This document shows, one piece after another, positions 1-7,828 of a DNA stretch of 13,634 nt; positions within the stretch are counted from its first letter, which is position 1, and each line of letters starts with the position of its first letter. This DNA is from a virus. Taxonomy: Duplodnaviria; Heunggongvirae; Uroviricota; Caudoviricetes. The DNA lies in IMG/VR virus record IMGVR_UViG_2740892028_000001, positions 1 through 13,634 of that record. One strand, written 5' to 3'. The notes under the pieces were generated by a model that saw only the letters and a list, made by a program, of their open reading frames with translations, was not told the origin of the DNA and did not search any database. A program made the position numbers and the translations under genes.

Positions 1-825
1 GTTGATACTAACAGCTACGCTCATGGCTTTTGGTGTAGCAGGAGTAACACCTACAGAATCTTCATTCGTAAACTCAGTGAACTTACAAGATATCCCTTCA
101 ACAATTTTAACCGGTCTCTCATTAGAGATGTTAAAAAAATATTTGTTTTTTTCTCCATCACCAGTAAATACAAGATGGGTTCCTTTGCTCCAACTTTTTA
201 ATAATCTTTCAGGCGCTGGTCTATATGTATCCCAATAATCAATGCCAGATCCAACCAGTGAACACCCCTCAGGAATGTTAATATTCTTCTTGATGATGCA
301 TATTCCTTCAGGAATTGTTATAACCGACCTTCCAGAGTTTAAAGCTTTAATAAAAGCATCTGAATCATCTGTTACCCCATCTATTTTTGCTCCCCACCCT
401 CTAACATCTCCACAATCTCTCCATCGTGCCATCTGCAACTCAGGATATTTTTTAGCGCCATCTGGATCTTCTAATTGCGGCCGTAGCTGATCAGGATCAT
501 ACTTCAACACATTAGGAAAATAAAACTGCTGCGCACCATATGCATCATAAACAGCCATAGAATGGCCTTGCACAGTTACGAACTTAGCAATCTGTCCGTT
601 ATATACCGGATATCCAGCAGCGTTAATGATGATTGGTTGCGAAACAGGAACGTGAGAGCCGTCTTCGTTCTCCACATAAACCTGAATCTGGTTTTCAGGA
701 TTTACCGGGTCAGTGTCAATTTTACCGATATAAATTTTGCCATTGGCTACGGCTTTAAAAGAACGCGCCATAGTGAAGAGTTGCGATGGCATTGATACGA
801 TCACATTGGCTGTAATGTCTGTCAT
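1..825 (-). CDS. Tailspike protein, first 275 codons; the gene runs off the window at position 1. Conserved P22/Sf6-type head-binding domain followed by a divergent receptor-binding domain.
   Basis: ATG at 825-823 with GGAG about 9 nt upstream. Minus-strand frame is open from 825 to position 1, which is why it is absent from the ORF track. My translation begins [59 protein letters not shown], matching the P22-family tailspike N-terminal domain as I remember it. The plus-strand ORFs 2..238, 242..490 and 562..795 are antisense to it. Confidence 0.85.
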   Translation of the reverse strand, partial: MTDITANVIVSMPSQLFTMARSFKAVANGKIYIGKIDTDPVNPENQIQVYVENEDGSHVPVSQPIIINAAGYPVYNGQIAKFVTVQGHSMAVYDAYGAQQFYFPNVLKYDPDQLRPQLEDPDGAKKYPELQMARWRDCGDVRGWGAKIDGVTDDSDAFIKALNSGRSVITIPEGICIIKKNINIPEGCSLVGSGIDYWDTYRPAPERLLKSWSKGTHLVFTGDGEKNKYFFNISNERPVKIVEGISCKFTEFTNEDSVGVTPATPKAMSVAVSIN

Positions 826-882
826 TTAATTTGCTCCAGATACAATGAATCGCCGCAGCGTGGCCACGGTGAATTTTGGGCA

Positions 883-907
883 TAAAAAAACCCAGCCGAA
901 GCTGGGT
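883..907 (-). terminator. Rho-independent terminator downstream of ant, before the tailspike gene
   Basis: On the minus strand: stem AACCCAGC, loop TTCG, stem GCTGGGTT, followed by a run of seven T. Located between the ant stop (926-928) and the tailspike start (825). Confidence 0.7.
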
Positions 908-925
908 TGTCGCGTTGGTTATCTG

Positions 926-1804
926 TCAGTAGTTATGTACTGAAGGAGGTAATTCTTTATTCTTAAGTCTCATCCATGCGGAAAGATTCGCTGGTCCGTC
1001 TGGCTCATTGATATCAACATCTCGTGTGTGATTTATTAAAACGTCTCTCGCCATTCCGATAACATACGAGAATTCATGACCGTAGTCGTAGCATCTGCCG
1101 GAATAGTTCGATTGAATTTGTTTTAATGCCGGATACAGTTCGCGGAATAATGCCTGTGAACGGTTAGCATAATCCCATAGCCATACAAGGCTGTTTGCTT
1201 CTTTTGCAGAAAGCTCGTTTGCTTTCTTCTCTTGTTTGCCGATAAACTCGCCTTCAAGCACTACCCTGTGGATGTACTCTACGGCCAGCGGGATTTGTTC
1301 AATTGAAAGTTCATCAATGCTGTCAATACCAAAACGCTGATGAACCATATTGTATGCATCGTCATAGCGAAGTCCTTTCTTTCCTACCAGCATGTTTACT
1401 GCATCGCGTAGCGGCGTTCTTTCCTCAACAGTGGTTTTCTTGCCTTTCACGTACTCGCCATGTTTGCGAATTGAAGGTAGAACTTCTGCTGTTACCCACT
1501 TGCGGAATTTGTGCGGGACCGAACCTTTATTGACAGCATCGCGGCAGCGCAGAACCAATGTATACATACCTGATTCGCTAACAATGCTTAGATTCTGCTC
1601 ACCGCCAAGGGTGTAACTTAAAGTTACTCCCTTTTCATCGTCATCAAGTGCAGTAAGCGCCTTGCGTGAGTTAGTCAGGGTTAAAGCATCACAAACATCT
1701 TTTGCTACAAACCACGGCTCACCGCATTTGTTGATGACGCGGATTTCACTGTCGCCGAATTTGAAGATGGTGAAATCGTTTTGTGCCTTTGCTATACTTT
1801 TCAT
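926..1804 (-). CDS. ant: Antirepressor Ant with an N-terminal Bro-N/KilA-N-like domain
   Basis: ORF track 926..1870. The 1870 start is a TTG lying 2 nt after the arc stop; the first ATG is at 1804-1802 with AGGAAA about 9 nt upstream. Motif [30 protein letters not shown] is typical of Bro-N antirepressors. Position immediately downstream of arc, as in P22 immI. Start choice is uncertain (1804 vs 1870). Confidence 0.85.
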   Translation of the reverse strand: MKSIAKAQNDFTIFKFGDSEIRVINKCGEPWFVAKDVCDALTLTNSRKALTALDDDEKGVTLSYTLGGEQNLSIVSESGMYTLVLRCRDAVNKGSVPHKFRKWVTAEVLPSIRKHGEYVKGKKTTVEERTPLRDAVNMLVGKKGLRYDDAYNMVHQRFGIDSIDELSIEQIPLAVEYIHRVVLEGEFIGKQEKKANELSAKEANSLVWLWDYANRSQALFRELYPALKQIQSNYSGRCYDYGHEFSYVIGMARDVLINHTRDVDINEPDGPANLSAWMRLKNKELPPSVHNY

Positions 1805-1805
1805 G

Positions 1806-1876
1806 TCAATATTTCCTAATCCGATTTGTTGATACCGAAGCCCTGACTGTTCCCGCAGTTGGGGCTTCAACTTTAC
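1806..1876 (+). ncRNA. sar: Candidate sar-like antisense RNA covering the ant ribosome-binding site and arc-ant spacer
   Basis: Plus-strand -10-like hexamer TATACT at 1793-1798 inside the ant 5' end. A 13-bp stem with two G-U pairs (1837-1849 pairing with 1856-1868, 6-nt loop) followed by AACTTTAC. Predicted transcript is about 70 nt and antisense to the ant RBS, as described for P22 sar. No convincing -35 element. Confidence 0.35.
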
Positions 1877-2034
1877 GCGCCAATGCGCCCTTCCTTCTTA
1901 AAGCTTTCCATTACTCTCTGATAAATCTCAGAGTTAACAGACCGACCATTCTCTTCCGCCACCTTGCGTACCAAATCCAATACTTCTTTAGGCCACCGCA
2001 AATTGAACTGCGGCATCTTGCTCATTCCTTTCAT
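1873..2034 (-). CDS. arc: Arc repressor (ribbon-helix-helix), 53 aa
   Basis: Translation from ATG 2034-2032 is [53 protein letters not shown], essentially the P22 Arc sequence as I recall it. GAGGTG RBS 4 nt upstream. The ORF-track start at 2097 would read through the promoter/operator and is rejected. Confidence 0.95.
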   Translation of the reverse strand: MKGMSKMPQFNLRWPKEVLDLVRKVAEENGRSVNSEIYQRVMESFKKEGRIGA

Positions 2035-2048
2035 ATTCACCTCACAAT

Positions 2049-2069
2049 ATAGGTCCACCGTGGCCCTAT
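2049..2069. promoter_or_regulatory. Mnt operator (Omnt), 21-bp near-palindrome
   Basis: ATAGGTCCACCGTGGCCCTAT; half-sites ATAGGTCCAC and ATAGGGCCAC differ at one position. Lies at the predicted Pant transcription start region. Confidence 0.75.
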
Positions 2070-2097
2070 TGAGAATATAGTAGAGTGCTTCTATCAT
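2069..2097 (+). promoter_or_regulatory. Pmnt promoter, divergent from and overlapping Pant
   Basis: Plus strand: -35 TTGAGA (2069-2074), 17-nt spacer, -10 TATCAT (2092-2097). mnt ATG at 2125 with GGAG 8 nt upstream. Confidence 0.6.
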
Positions 2098-2102
2098 GTC
2101 AA
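2074..2102 (-). promoter_or_regulatory. Pant promoter driving arc-ant
   Basis: Minus strand: -35 TTGACA (2102-2097), 17-nt spacer, -10 TATATT (2079-2074). The Arc operator is embedded between the two hexamers. Confidence 0.75.
2077..2097. promoter_or_regulatory. Arc operator (Oarc)
   Basis: Minus strand reads ATGATAGAAGCACTCTACTAT, the 21-bp Arc operator sequence as I recall it from the literature. It sits between the Pant -35 and -10 elements. Confidence 0.85.
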
Positions 2103-2124
2103 TACACTAACTTGGAGTGATGGC

Positions 2125-2376
2125 ATGGCTAGAGATGATCCGCACTTTAACTTCCGTATGCCTATGGAAGTAAGGGAGAAATTAAAATTCAGGGCGGAGG
2201 CGAATGGGAGATCAATGAACTCCGAGTTGTTACAAATCGTCCAAGATGCTCTATCAAAACCATCGCCTGTGACTGGATATCGCGACGATGCAGAACGACT
2301 CGCTGATGAGCAGTCAGAGCTTGTTAAGAAGATGGTGTTTGATACGCTGAAGGATTTGTACAAAAAAACCACCTGA
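2125..2376 (+). CDS. mnt: Mnt repressor, 83 aa
   Basis: Translation MARDDPHFNFRMPMEVREKLKFRAEANGRSMNSELLQIVQDAL... matches P22 Mnt from memory. Divergent from arc with both operators in the 90-bp spacer. Confidence 0.95.
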   Translation: MARDDPHFNFRMPMEVREKLKFRAEANGRSMNSELLQIVQDALSKPSPVTGYRDDAERLADEQSELVKKMVFDTLKDLYKKTT

Positions 2377-2475
2377 CGGTGAGTTTATTTTTGCATTTAC
2401 CTGGGCCATATTGACTACTTATAAAATGAGATCAATATTTAATCGCCCAATAACGGGTGTATGTTGAGGTATATC

Positions 2476-2655
2476 ATGGCGAAAAAACCAGGTGAAAACA
2501 CAGGAAAAAACGGCGGAATATACCAAGAAGTTGGCCCACGCGGCGGTAAGAAAGACAATTTTGCCACCGTCAAGGACAACGAAAGGCTTCCACCAACAAC
2601 AAAGCCAGGTCATGGCTGGGTATTGGATAAGCGAACTCCAGACAGCAAAAAGTAA
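2476..2655 (+). CDS. Small Lys/Gly/Pro-rich protein of unknown function, 59 aa; accessory (moron) gene
   Basis: ATG 2476 with GAGG 6 nt upstream; the ORF-track start at 2461 lacks a good RBS. Sequence MAKKPGENTGKNGGIYQEVGPRGGKKDNFATVKDNERLPPTTKPGHGWVLDKRTPDSKK has no hydrophobic segment. Followed directly by a terminator hairpin. A loose resemblance to YjzC-like small proteins is from memory only. Confidence 0.6.
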   Translation: MAKKPGENTGKNGGIYQEVGPRGGKKDNFATVKDNERLPPTTKPGHGWVLDKRTPDSKK

Positions 2656-2660
2656 TAATC

Positions 2661-2684
2661 AAGCCGGGTCACTCCGGCTTTTTG
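2661..2684 (+). terminator. Rho-independent terminator after the small accessory gene; hairpin also contains the stop codon of the convergent HExxH gene
   Basis: Stem AAGCCGG, loop GTCACT, stem CCGGCTT, then TTTT. On the minus strand the same hairpin is followed by GATTATTA, so it may act weakly in both directions. Confidence 0.7.
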
Positions 2685-3034
2685 ATATGTCGCTCGCAGA
2701 ACTCAACAAGCCTGCTCATTAAGTAGCAGTAAGTCTCGTTGGCTCTTCCTGGTTCAACATCAACACCTACCCTTGAGCAGATATCGAATGCCATGTGAGC
2801 GCACTCATGGGCAATAGTAGATAGTTTGCCATTGAACACGCCTATCACATGCAAAACACCATTCTCGCTACTCATTGTATGAGACGCTCCGTTGGCGTCC
2901 GAGTCATGCACGTCAACGCCAAGTTTTTGATGCAGGCGTTGCCATTCTGGAAAGTCTCTACAAAACACAATTGTACCGCTCTCAAAGAGCGGTACTAGCA
3001 TCTTTGGTACGTTTCCAATGTTAACTTTTTTCAT
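2669..3034 (-). CDS. Hypothetical 121-aa protein with an HExxH motif (putative zinc-metallopeptidase-like); accessory gene
   Basis: ATG 3034-3032 with AGGA 4 nt upstream. Motif IAHECAHMAF with a downstream Glu (VEPGRANE). Family not recognised by me. Located where P22 carries sieA. Confidence 0.6.
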   Translation of the reverse strand: MKKVNIGNVPKMLVPLFESGTIVFCRDFPEWQRLHQKLGVDVHDSDANGASHTMSSENGVLHVIGVFNGKLSTIAHECAHMAFDICSRVGVDVEPGRANETYCYLMSRLVEFCERHIKKPE

Positions 3035-3064
3035 GGTATCCTGCGCAAAACTAAGGAGGTTGGT

Positions 3065-3394
3065 GTGTTAGAAATAGTCGTACTCGCTCTTGGGATATCC
3101 TGTTGCGTACTATATGCAGGGTTAGCTGCCCTCAAGAAACAGGTTAAGGAATTAGATCGCTCACATGAAATTGATACAAAAATTGCGCGATTAACAGAAG
3201 AGAATAAACACTTAAAAAATTCCATAAGGGCACTAACTGATGACAACTACAAACTGTCCCATGCATTGGCTAAGTGGGAAATAGTAAGTTATGAAAGAAT
3301 GACCGACATGATTTTTTCGTCTTATATGGCTACAAAATCTCCTGAAACATCAGGAAAAGCAATAATTGCAGCCATTGAAAAGAGAATTAAATAG
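3065..3394 (+). CDS. Hypothetical 109-aa membrane-anchored coiled-coil protein; accessory gene
   Basis: GTG start at 3065 with AGGAGG (3054-3059) 5 nt upstream. N-terminal hydrophobic helix LEIVVLALGISCCVLYAGLAAL, then a heptad-like charged region (KKQVKELDRSHEIDTKIARLTEENKHLKNSIRALTDDNYKL). Visibly AT-rich. Convergent with the gp16 gene. Confidence 0.6.
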   Translation: MLEIVVLALGISCCVLYAGLAALKKQVKELDRSHEIDTKIARLTEENKHLKNSIRALTDDNYKLSHALAKWEIVSYERMTDMIFSSYMATKSPETSGKAIIAAIEKRIK

Positions 3395-3413
3395 CCTTCC
3401 TTGGCGTTCATTT

Positions 3414-5255
3414 CTACTGCCTGGTAGCTTCGTTAGTTAGGAGCGGGCGAACGGCGTTAGCAGCCTGATTTAACGCTCGCTCATATGCCGGAGTTCCAGG
3501 CTTGACGTTTGCAAGGCGGAGAAGCATGTTTCTTGCTGCTTTAGACTCATACAAACGCATCATTGCACCAAAGCCAGCCTCAAGCCCCATTGATACGCCA
3601 AGGGTCGCAGTTGCGCCAATCGTCCTTATCCTGTTGGCTTGCGATTGCCCCGTCTGAGTTACTACATTTGCGGTGTCTGACCTTGCTGTTTGCTGTAGAA
3701 CTTCATGAAGAGCATCAAGCTCTTTCATGTGCTTTCCAGAAAAAATAGTGTTGTAAATTTCACCGCCTGACTGAGATTTCAGCTTATTAACTTCAGTGAT
3801 GAACTTGGCTGGAGAGTCCCCGGCCTTTTCCGCTATTTTGCTGACGTAAGCTGCACGCATAGCATCTTTCCCCTTATCATCCAGTGCGCTCCAGATTCGT
3901 TTCACGTCAGATGGTTTTCTGCTTAATACAACGGTATTTATAAGTTCAGGACTGGCTTCACTGCTTGCCTTGTTGAGCTTGTTGGCAATGTTTTTATTAA
4001 GCACCTTATTATAAACGTTTGCATAATCGGAATTTGCTTTAAGGTATTTTGCTGCGTCTGATGCACCGAGGTTTTTAGCAACTGCGTTACGAAGGTCTTT
4101 TGACATTGCATTCTCTACCATATTGGTAGCTGCTTTTGCCTGGTTGGGGAAGACCATAGCATCTCCCTGAACATTAGATCTAAATGCTGTTCTGTGCTGA
4201 CGCAAGAGATCAAACGTAACATCCAAATCAGTTGCAGGGTTTGCTAATTCTTCACGTAGGTTACGCAAGGATGTAAGCAGGCTTTGATTGGCAGACGTCC
4301 CAAGCCGTTCCTGTCTTGCGATCGCTGTATTCAGAGCATTCATGGTATTTGTGGTATCAACTGCGGCATTACCCATTTTATTGGTGACGTCATTGATAAC
4401 AGCGCCAGCGGCATCCTTCCGCCCCCTTAACGTGGTGGTAAGAGATTTCACCACATCATCAGGGTTGTACTCACCAAAACGGTCAAAATAATTACTTACC
4501 AGCTTACTACGCGTTGCATATTGCTCCGCTCGCTTTGAGCCTGTCCCGAGCAAAGCCCCCTCGGCATCCTGAGTTAGGCCGCGAGTGAAAGCATTTTTCG
4601 GCGGGATAACATCAGATGTCATTGGTGTCACGCCCATCGATTCTGATGTGGCAATTTTCTTCGCCACTTCTGGCGCAATATCACCTTTTATAGCCGTTAT
4701 TCCACGCCCTATTCCCTTTGCTGCTGCGGAAAGAACCCCCTGAGCGGCAAGGTTAACTCCGGCATTTTTTGCTGCATTTTGTGCGAAATCGCCTTTCTGA
4801 TTTGCGGCCTCTGCCAGTGATCCAATAGCCATGCTTCCTGCCGTTCCAACTCCTGGAACTAAATACCCACCAATTGTTTCACCGGCTTGCGCGTAGGGGT
4901 CTGTCGGTCTGTCTACTGGACGATAAACATCATCCAAAACCTTGGGTCCACCAAGCCCCTGACTGATTGCATTAATCAGACTTGCGCCGCCCTGCAATAC
5001 GTCAAATGGTATGTTTACCAGACCACGACCAGCCTGTTCTGCAATTTGCCCTGCACTTTGACCACCAGTGAGCCAATCGCCAGCTTGTTGCATCAATGAT
5101 GGTTCTTCACGTGCTGGTTCATTGCTATCCTGGCTGACAGTTTGTTGCTGAACAGACTGTCCAGCAAAATACTCATCAATGGCAGATCCAATATCTTCCG
5201 TGCTCGTACCATCAGGGAAGGTAAATGTCTTACCGTTTGCAGTTACTTTCATCAT
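3414..5255 (-). CDS. Ejection (E) protein, P22 gp16-like, 613 aa
   Basis: N-terminus [33 protein letters not shown] matches P22 gp16 from memory. Its ATG overlaps the gp20 stop (ATGA). Last gene of the gp7-gp20-gp16 triad. Confidence 0.9.
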   Translation of the reverse strand: MMKVTANGKTFTFPDGTSTEDIGSAIDEYFAGQSVQQQTVSQDSNEPAREEPSLMQQAGDWLTGGQSAGQIAEQAGRGLVNIPFDVLQGGASLINAISQGLGGPKVLDDVYRPVDRPTDPYAQAGETIGGYLVPGVGTAGSMAIGSLAEAANQKGDFAQNAAKNAGVNLAAQGVLSAAAKGIGRGITAIKGDIAPEVAKKIATSESMGVTPMTSDVIPPKNAFTRGLTQDAEGALLGTGSKRAEQYATRSKLVSNYFDRFGEYNPDDVVKSLTTTLRGRKDAAGAVINDVTNKMGNAAVDTTNTMNALNTAIARQERLGTSANQSLLTSLRNLREELANPATDLDVTFDLLRQHRTAFRSNVQGDAMVFPNQAKAATNMVENAMSKDLRNAVAKNLGASDAAKYLKANSDYANVYNKVLNKNIANKLNKASSEASPELINTVVLSRKPSDVKRIWSALDDKGKDAMRAAYVSKIAEKAGDSPAKFITEVNKLKSQSGGEIYNTIFSGKHMKELDALHEVLQQTARSDTANVVTQTGQSQANRIRTIGATATLGVSMGLEAGFGAMMRLYESKAARNMLLRLANVKPGTPAYERALNQAANAVRPLLTNEATRQ

Positions 5256-6667
5256 TCCACCGTAAATTGAATGCCTGATTTTGAGGTATATGATCCAACC
5301 TGATTCCGTGGTTCTCCTGAAGGTATCGAATCTTGTGCTGGCGCTGCGTCAGTATTCAATGACATATACCGCTTAACGGCACTCCCCAATGATTCACCTT
5401 TTTTAACATCCAACCCCAATATCTGACCGCCATTACGCGATTGTCCAGGGTTGCCATTCGCGCTCATCCACTCAGCTTTAAACTCATTAAACTGCGCGTT
5501 TCGTCGCTCAAGGTTTGCCATTGCATCAAGCCATCTTGCGACCGTCTCAGGGTTATCCATGTCAGTTGGCGCACCCTGTCTAACGATCTCAACGTCTTTA
5601 TCCGTTGCTGGGCCGGGAGGTAGGAATTTAAGAACCTGACTGTTAACAAGGGCATTTTGGCGAATGCGCAAATCACGCAATGTCGTATCGCTTCCGGTAA
5701 GTTTTGCGAACATGTTCTGTGCGTTACCGAACAAACCTGTCGTTGGTTTTTCTGCTCTGAACTGTTGAGCAAGCGCACTCATGGAATTGGCTGAGTTTGA
5801 TGATGCTGTGGCATTGTTTACAGCCGTCTCGATTCCTTTTTCCATGTTTACTGACAGCTTAGGTGCTTCGCTAATCAACTGCTGAGCCTTTTCCTGCGCT
5901 TGCTGCATCTTAAACCCGAACTCTTGCTGATCCAGAGCCAAGCGTTGTGCTGCGATATTGTGCCCAGTCATTGCTGACTGATAGGAAAGGTTTTGCCCTC
6001 TCGCCTGAAGTGCTTCACCAGCCTGATTGCTGCGGATTGTCTCTGCCAGCCTGCCTCGGTCAATTTCACGACCAGCCATCTTATCCTGAACAGCAAACGC
6101 CTTTTCTGGTCCAAGCGCACCGAGAGACATAGTAGTCAGCATGTGTGATAGCTGCTCTGGATTCTGGATACCTGTCTGAATCATCCAGTCAGCATTAGCA
6201 CCAACGCGATTTAACCTGTCCTTGTTGTCAGTAATGAATTTACTGTAGGCTTCCGGCCCCTGAGAAAGAGCGACGTTAGCCCTCATGGCTAAATCGCCCA
6301 TATCGTTGCGTTGCTGATCATTAAGACCGGAAAACGCCTGTTGTGCCTGTGCAACAAACGCTGGATTTTCCTGGGCAAACTTAAATAGTCCCGATGGATC
6401 ACCAGAAGCCCATGCATCAGCGTGAACCTTATTGAACGCACTAATAGCTTTCTGTTGCTGTTCCTGATTGTAAATATCAGCAACTCCAGCCAGACCACGT
6501 AACGCGGTCAGGCCAACGTTATTTACACCTGAGCGAGCCAGTTCATTGTTTTCGCGGATCAGACCAAGCGTTGCGTTAATGTCGCTTGCCTTTGGCGCAT
6601 TCTCATTTTGCGTACCGATGCCAGCCAGAAAACCACCAGAATTAATACCCTGTTGCCACGTAGCCAT
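5252..6667 (-). CDS. Ejection (E) protein, P22 gp20-like, 471 aa
   Basis: Length and N-terminus [18 protein letters not shown] fit P22 gp20. AAGGGG RBS upstream. Sits between the gp7-like and gp16-like genes. Confidence 0.9.
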   Translation of the reverse strand: MATWQQGINSGGFLAGIGTQNENAPKASDINATLGLIRENNELARSGVNNVGLTALRGLAGVADIYNQEQQQKAISAFNKVHADAWASGDPSGLFKFAQENPAFVAQAQQAFSGLNDQQRNDMGDLAMRANVALSQGPEAYSKFITDNKDRLNRVGANADWMIQTGIQNPEQLSHMLTTMSLGALGPEKAFAVQDKMAGREIDRGRLAETIRSNQAGEALQARGQNLSYQSAMTGHNIAAQRLALDQQEFGFKMQQAQEKAQQLISEAPKLSVNMEKGIETAVNNATASSNSANSMSALAQQFRAEKPTTGLFGNAQNMFAKLTGSDTTLRDLRIRQNALVNSQVLKFLPPGPATDKDVEIVRQGAPTDMDNPETVARWLDAMANLERRNAQFNEFKAEWMSANGNPGQSRNGGQILGLDVKKGESLGSAVKRYMSLNTDAAPAQDSIPSGEPRNQVGSYTSKSGIQFTVE

Positions 6668-6677
6668 TGATTACCCC

Positions 6678-7370
6678 TTAAAACAACGAGCCAAGCAGAC
6701 CAAGACCGCCGCCGATCGCAGCCCCCCACGGAGTTGATGAACCAATTAATTTCGCAAGTCCGGCCCCAGCAATAGCACCAGACGCACCTCCGCCAATAGC
6801 AGATTGCATTGCTGATGGTCTGTTGGCATTTGCCGCTGCAAGAGCCGCACTTTGCTGCGAAATCTGACTCATGTTGTTGGCATATGTCTGCCCTGCGTTT
6901 GCCTGACCTTGCAGAGCACCAAGCCCAACGTTTGCCAGATTCTGGTAGTTGTTCATCTGACCAGACAGCCACTGCTGACCAAGCGTTGGTGCGATTGTTG
7001 CTAACTGATTACCGGTTGCAGTGGAACCCAATCCACCTGTTGCTTCCGCTGCAGCCAGACTCTGATAGCGAGCCTGACCAGCAAGATCTTTGTACTGCTG
7101 AGAGTTGTAATACTGGTTAAGTGCCTGACCTTGCCCTTCCAGAGACGATAAGTTCTCGAGGCTGCCGACATACTTATCAGCCAGAGGAGTAAACGGCTTC
7201 AGGTTGTTCATGATGGTGTTGAACTGCTGATTTTGCAGGTCTGCGGCATACTTCTGAGCTTCTGCGGCATACTTTGCGCTTTTATCAGAACTGCCACCTT
7301 TCCCGCCTTTTTCAGGGCAATAAGGTTCCTCGCCGCGCAGTTTTCTGCCCAGCTTAAATGCATATAACAT
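6678..7370 (-). CDS. Ejection (E) protein, P22 gp7-like, 230 aa
   Basis: MLYAFKLGRKLRGEEPYCPEKGGKGG... with a Gly/Ala-rich hydrophobic C-terminus (GGGASGAIAGAGLAKLIGSSTPWGAAIGGGLGLLGSLF). Near-identical to P22 gp7 as recalled. Confidence 0.9.
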   Translation of the reverse strand: MLYAFKLGRKLRGEEPYCPEKGGKGGSSDKSAKYAAEAQKYAADLQNQQFNTIMNNLKPFTPLADKYVGSLENLSSLEGQGQALNQYYNSQQYKDLAGQARYQSLAAAEATGGLGSTATGNQLATIAPTLGQQWLSGQMNNYQNLANVGLGALQGQANAGQTYANNMSQISQQSAALAAANANRPSAMQSAIGGGASGAIAGAGLAKLIGSSTPWGAAIGGGLGLLGSLF

Positions 7371-7372
7371 GG

Positions 7373-7828
7373 CTATCTCCCGTGATTCAGGAAGTCGATT
7401 AGTTCTTCGCGTGTAGCACTGTAAAATGTCACGTCATCCACGCCTTTGAAGTATTTCTTGATGGTTCCGACACGCTTAAGGCCAATCATTGCGCAGTAAA
7501 TCTGCCCGTGGCGGAATTTGCGTGCGGCGAACGATGTGACGCACTGAACGGTGGTGTTAGTCAGAATGTATCGCCAGAACGCCAGCCCGATTTCCTTGCT
7601 GAAGCCGCGAATCTCTGGCAGGTACATGGCGTGGCAATCGAATGTCAGCGGCTGAATCTCCTGATAGTAAACAATGCCGCCAAACTGCCCGTGCACGTTA
7701 ACCTCAAAGTAACGGCAATCAGGTTTGTAGTCGTATCCATCACCGTTGTTGCTCCCGGCGATAATGTCAGGGTGATTTCCTACTGCTTCGATCAGGTCGA
7801 TGTTTCGCGTTGGTTTGAATGTAATCAT
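7373..7828 (-). CDS. P22 gp14-like protein, 151 aa (assigned by position between the tail needle and gp7 genes)
   Basis: ATG overlaps the gp26-like stop (ATGA). Conserved synteny 26-14-7. Function assigned by position, not by recognised motif. Confidence 0.7.
   Translation of the reverse strand: MITFKPTRNIDLIEAVGNHPDIIAGSNNGDGYDYKPDCRYFEVNVHGQFGGIVYYQEIQPLTFDCHAMYLPEIRGFSKEIGLAFWRYILTNTTVQCVTSFAARKFRHGQIYCAMIGLKRVGTIKKYFKGVDDVTFYSATREELIDFLNHGR

Noticed and set aside
2-795. Plus-strand ORFs 2..238, 242..490 and 562..795
   Set aside because: They are antisense to the tailspike reading frame, which is continuous on the minus strand from 825 to 1 and has a recognisable N-terminus. No RBS seen.
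1303-1616. Plus-strand ORFs 1303..1533 and 1392..1616 inside ant
   Set aside because: Antisense to the Bro-N antirepressor gene; no RBS, Cys/Leu-rich translation.
1873-2097. 74-aa extended version of arc starting at 2097
   Set aside because: The extension would be translated through the Pant/operator region. The ATG at 2034 gives the 53-aa Arc sequence with a good RBS.
2094-2372. 92-aa minus-strand ORF opposite mnt
   Set aside because: Fully antisense to the recognisable Mnt coding sequence, with low-complexity Ser-rich translation and no RBS.
2461-2722. Alternative start at 2461 and the overlapping 76-aa ORF 2492..2722
   Set aside because: ATG 2476 has the better RBS. The 2492 frame runs through the terminator hairpin into the convergent gene and looks like a frame artefact.
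3065-3394. Interpreting the TM plus coiled-coil protein as an i-spanin (Rz-like)
   Set aside because: It is not in a lysis cassette, no embedded or adjacent lipoprotein (o-spanin) ORF with a lipobox is visible, and it is at the sieA-type accessory position.
3563-5099. Short plus-strand ORFs inside the gp16-like gene (3563..3748, 4288..4491, 4887..5099)
   Set aside because: Antisense to a conserved ejection-protein gene, with no translation signals.
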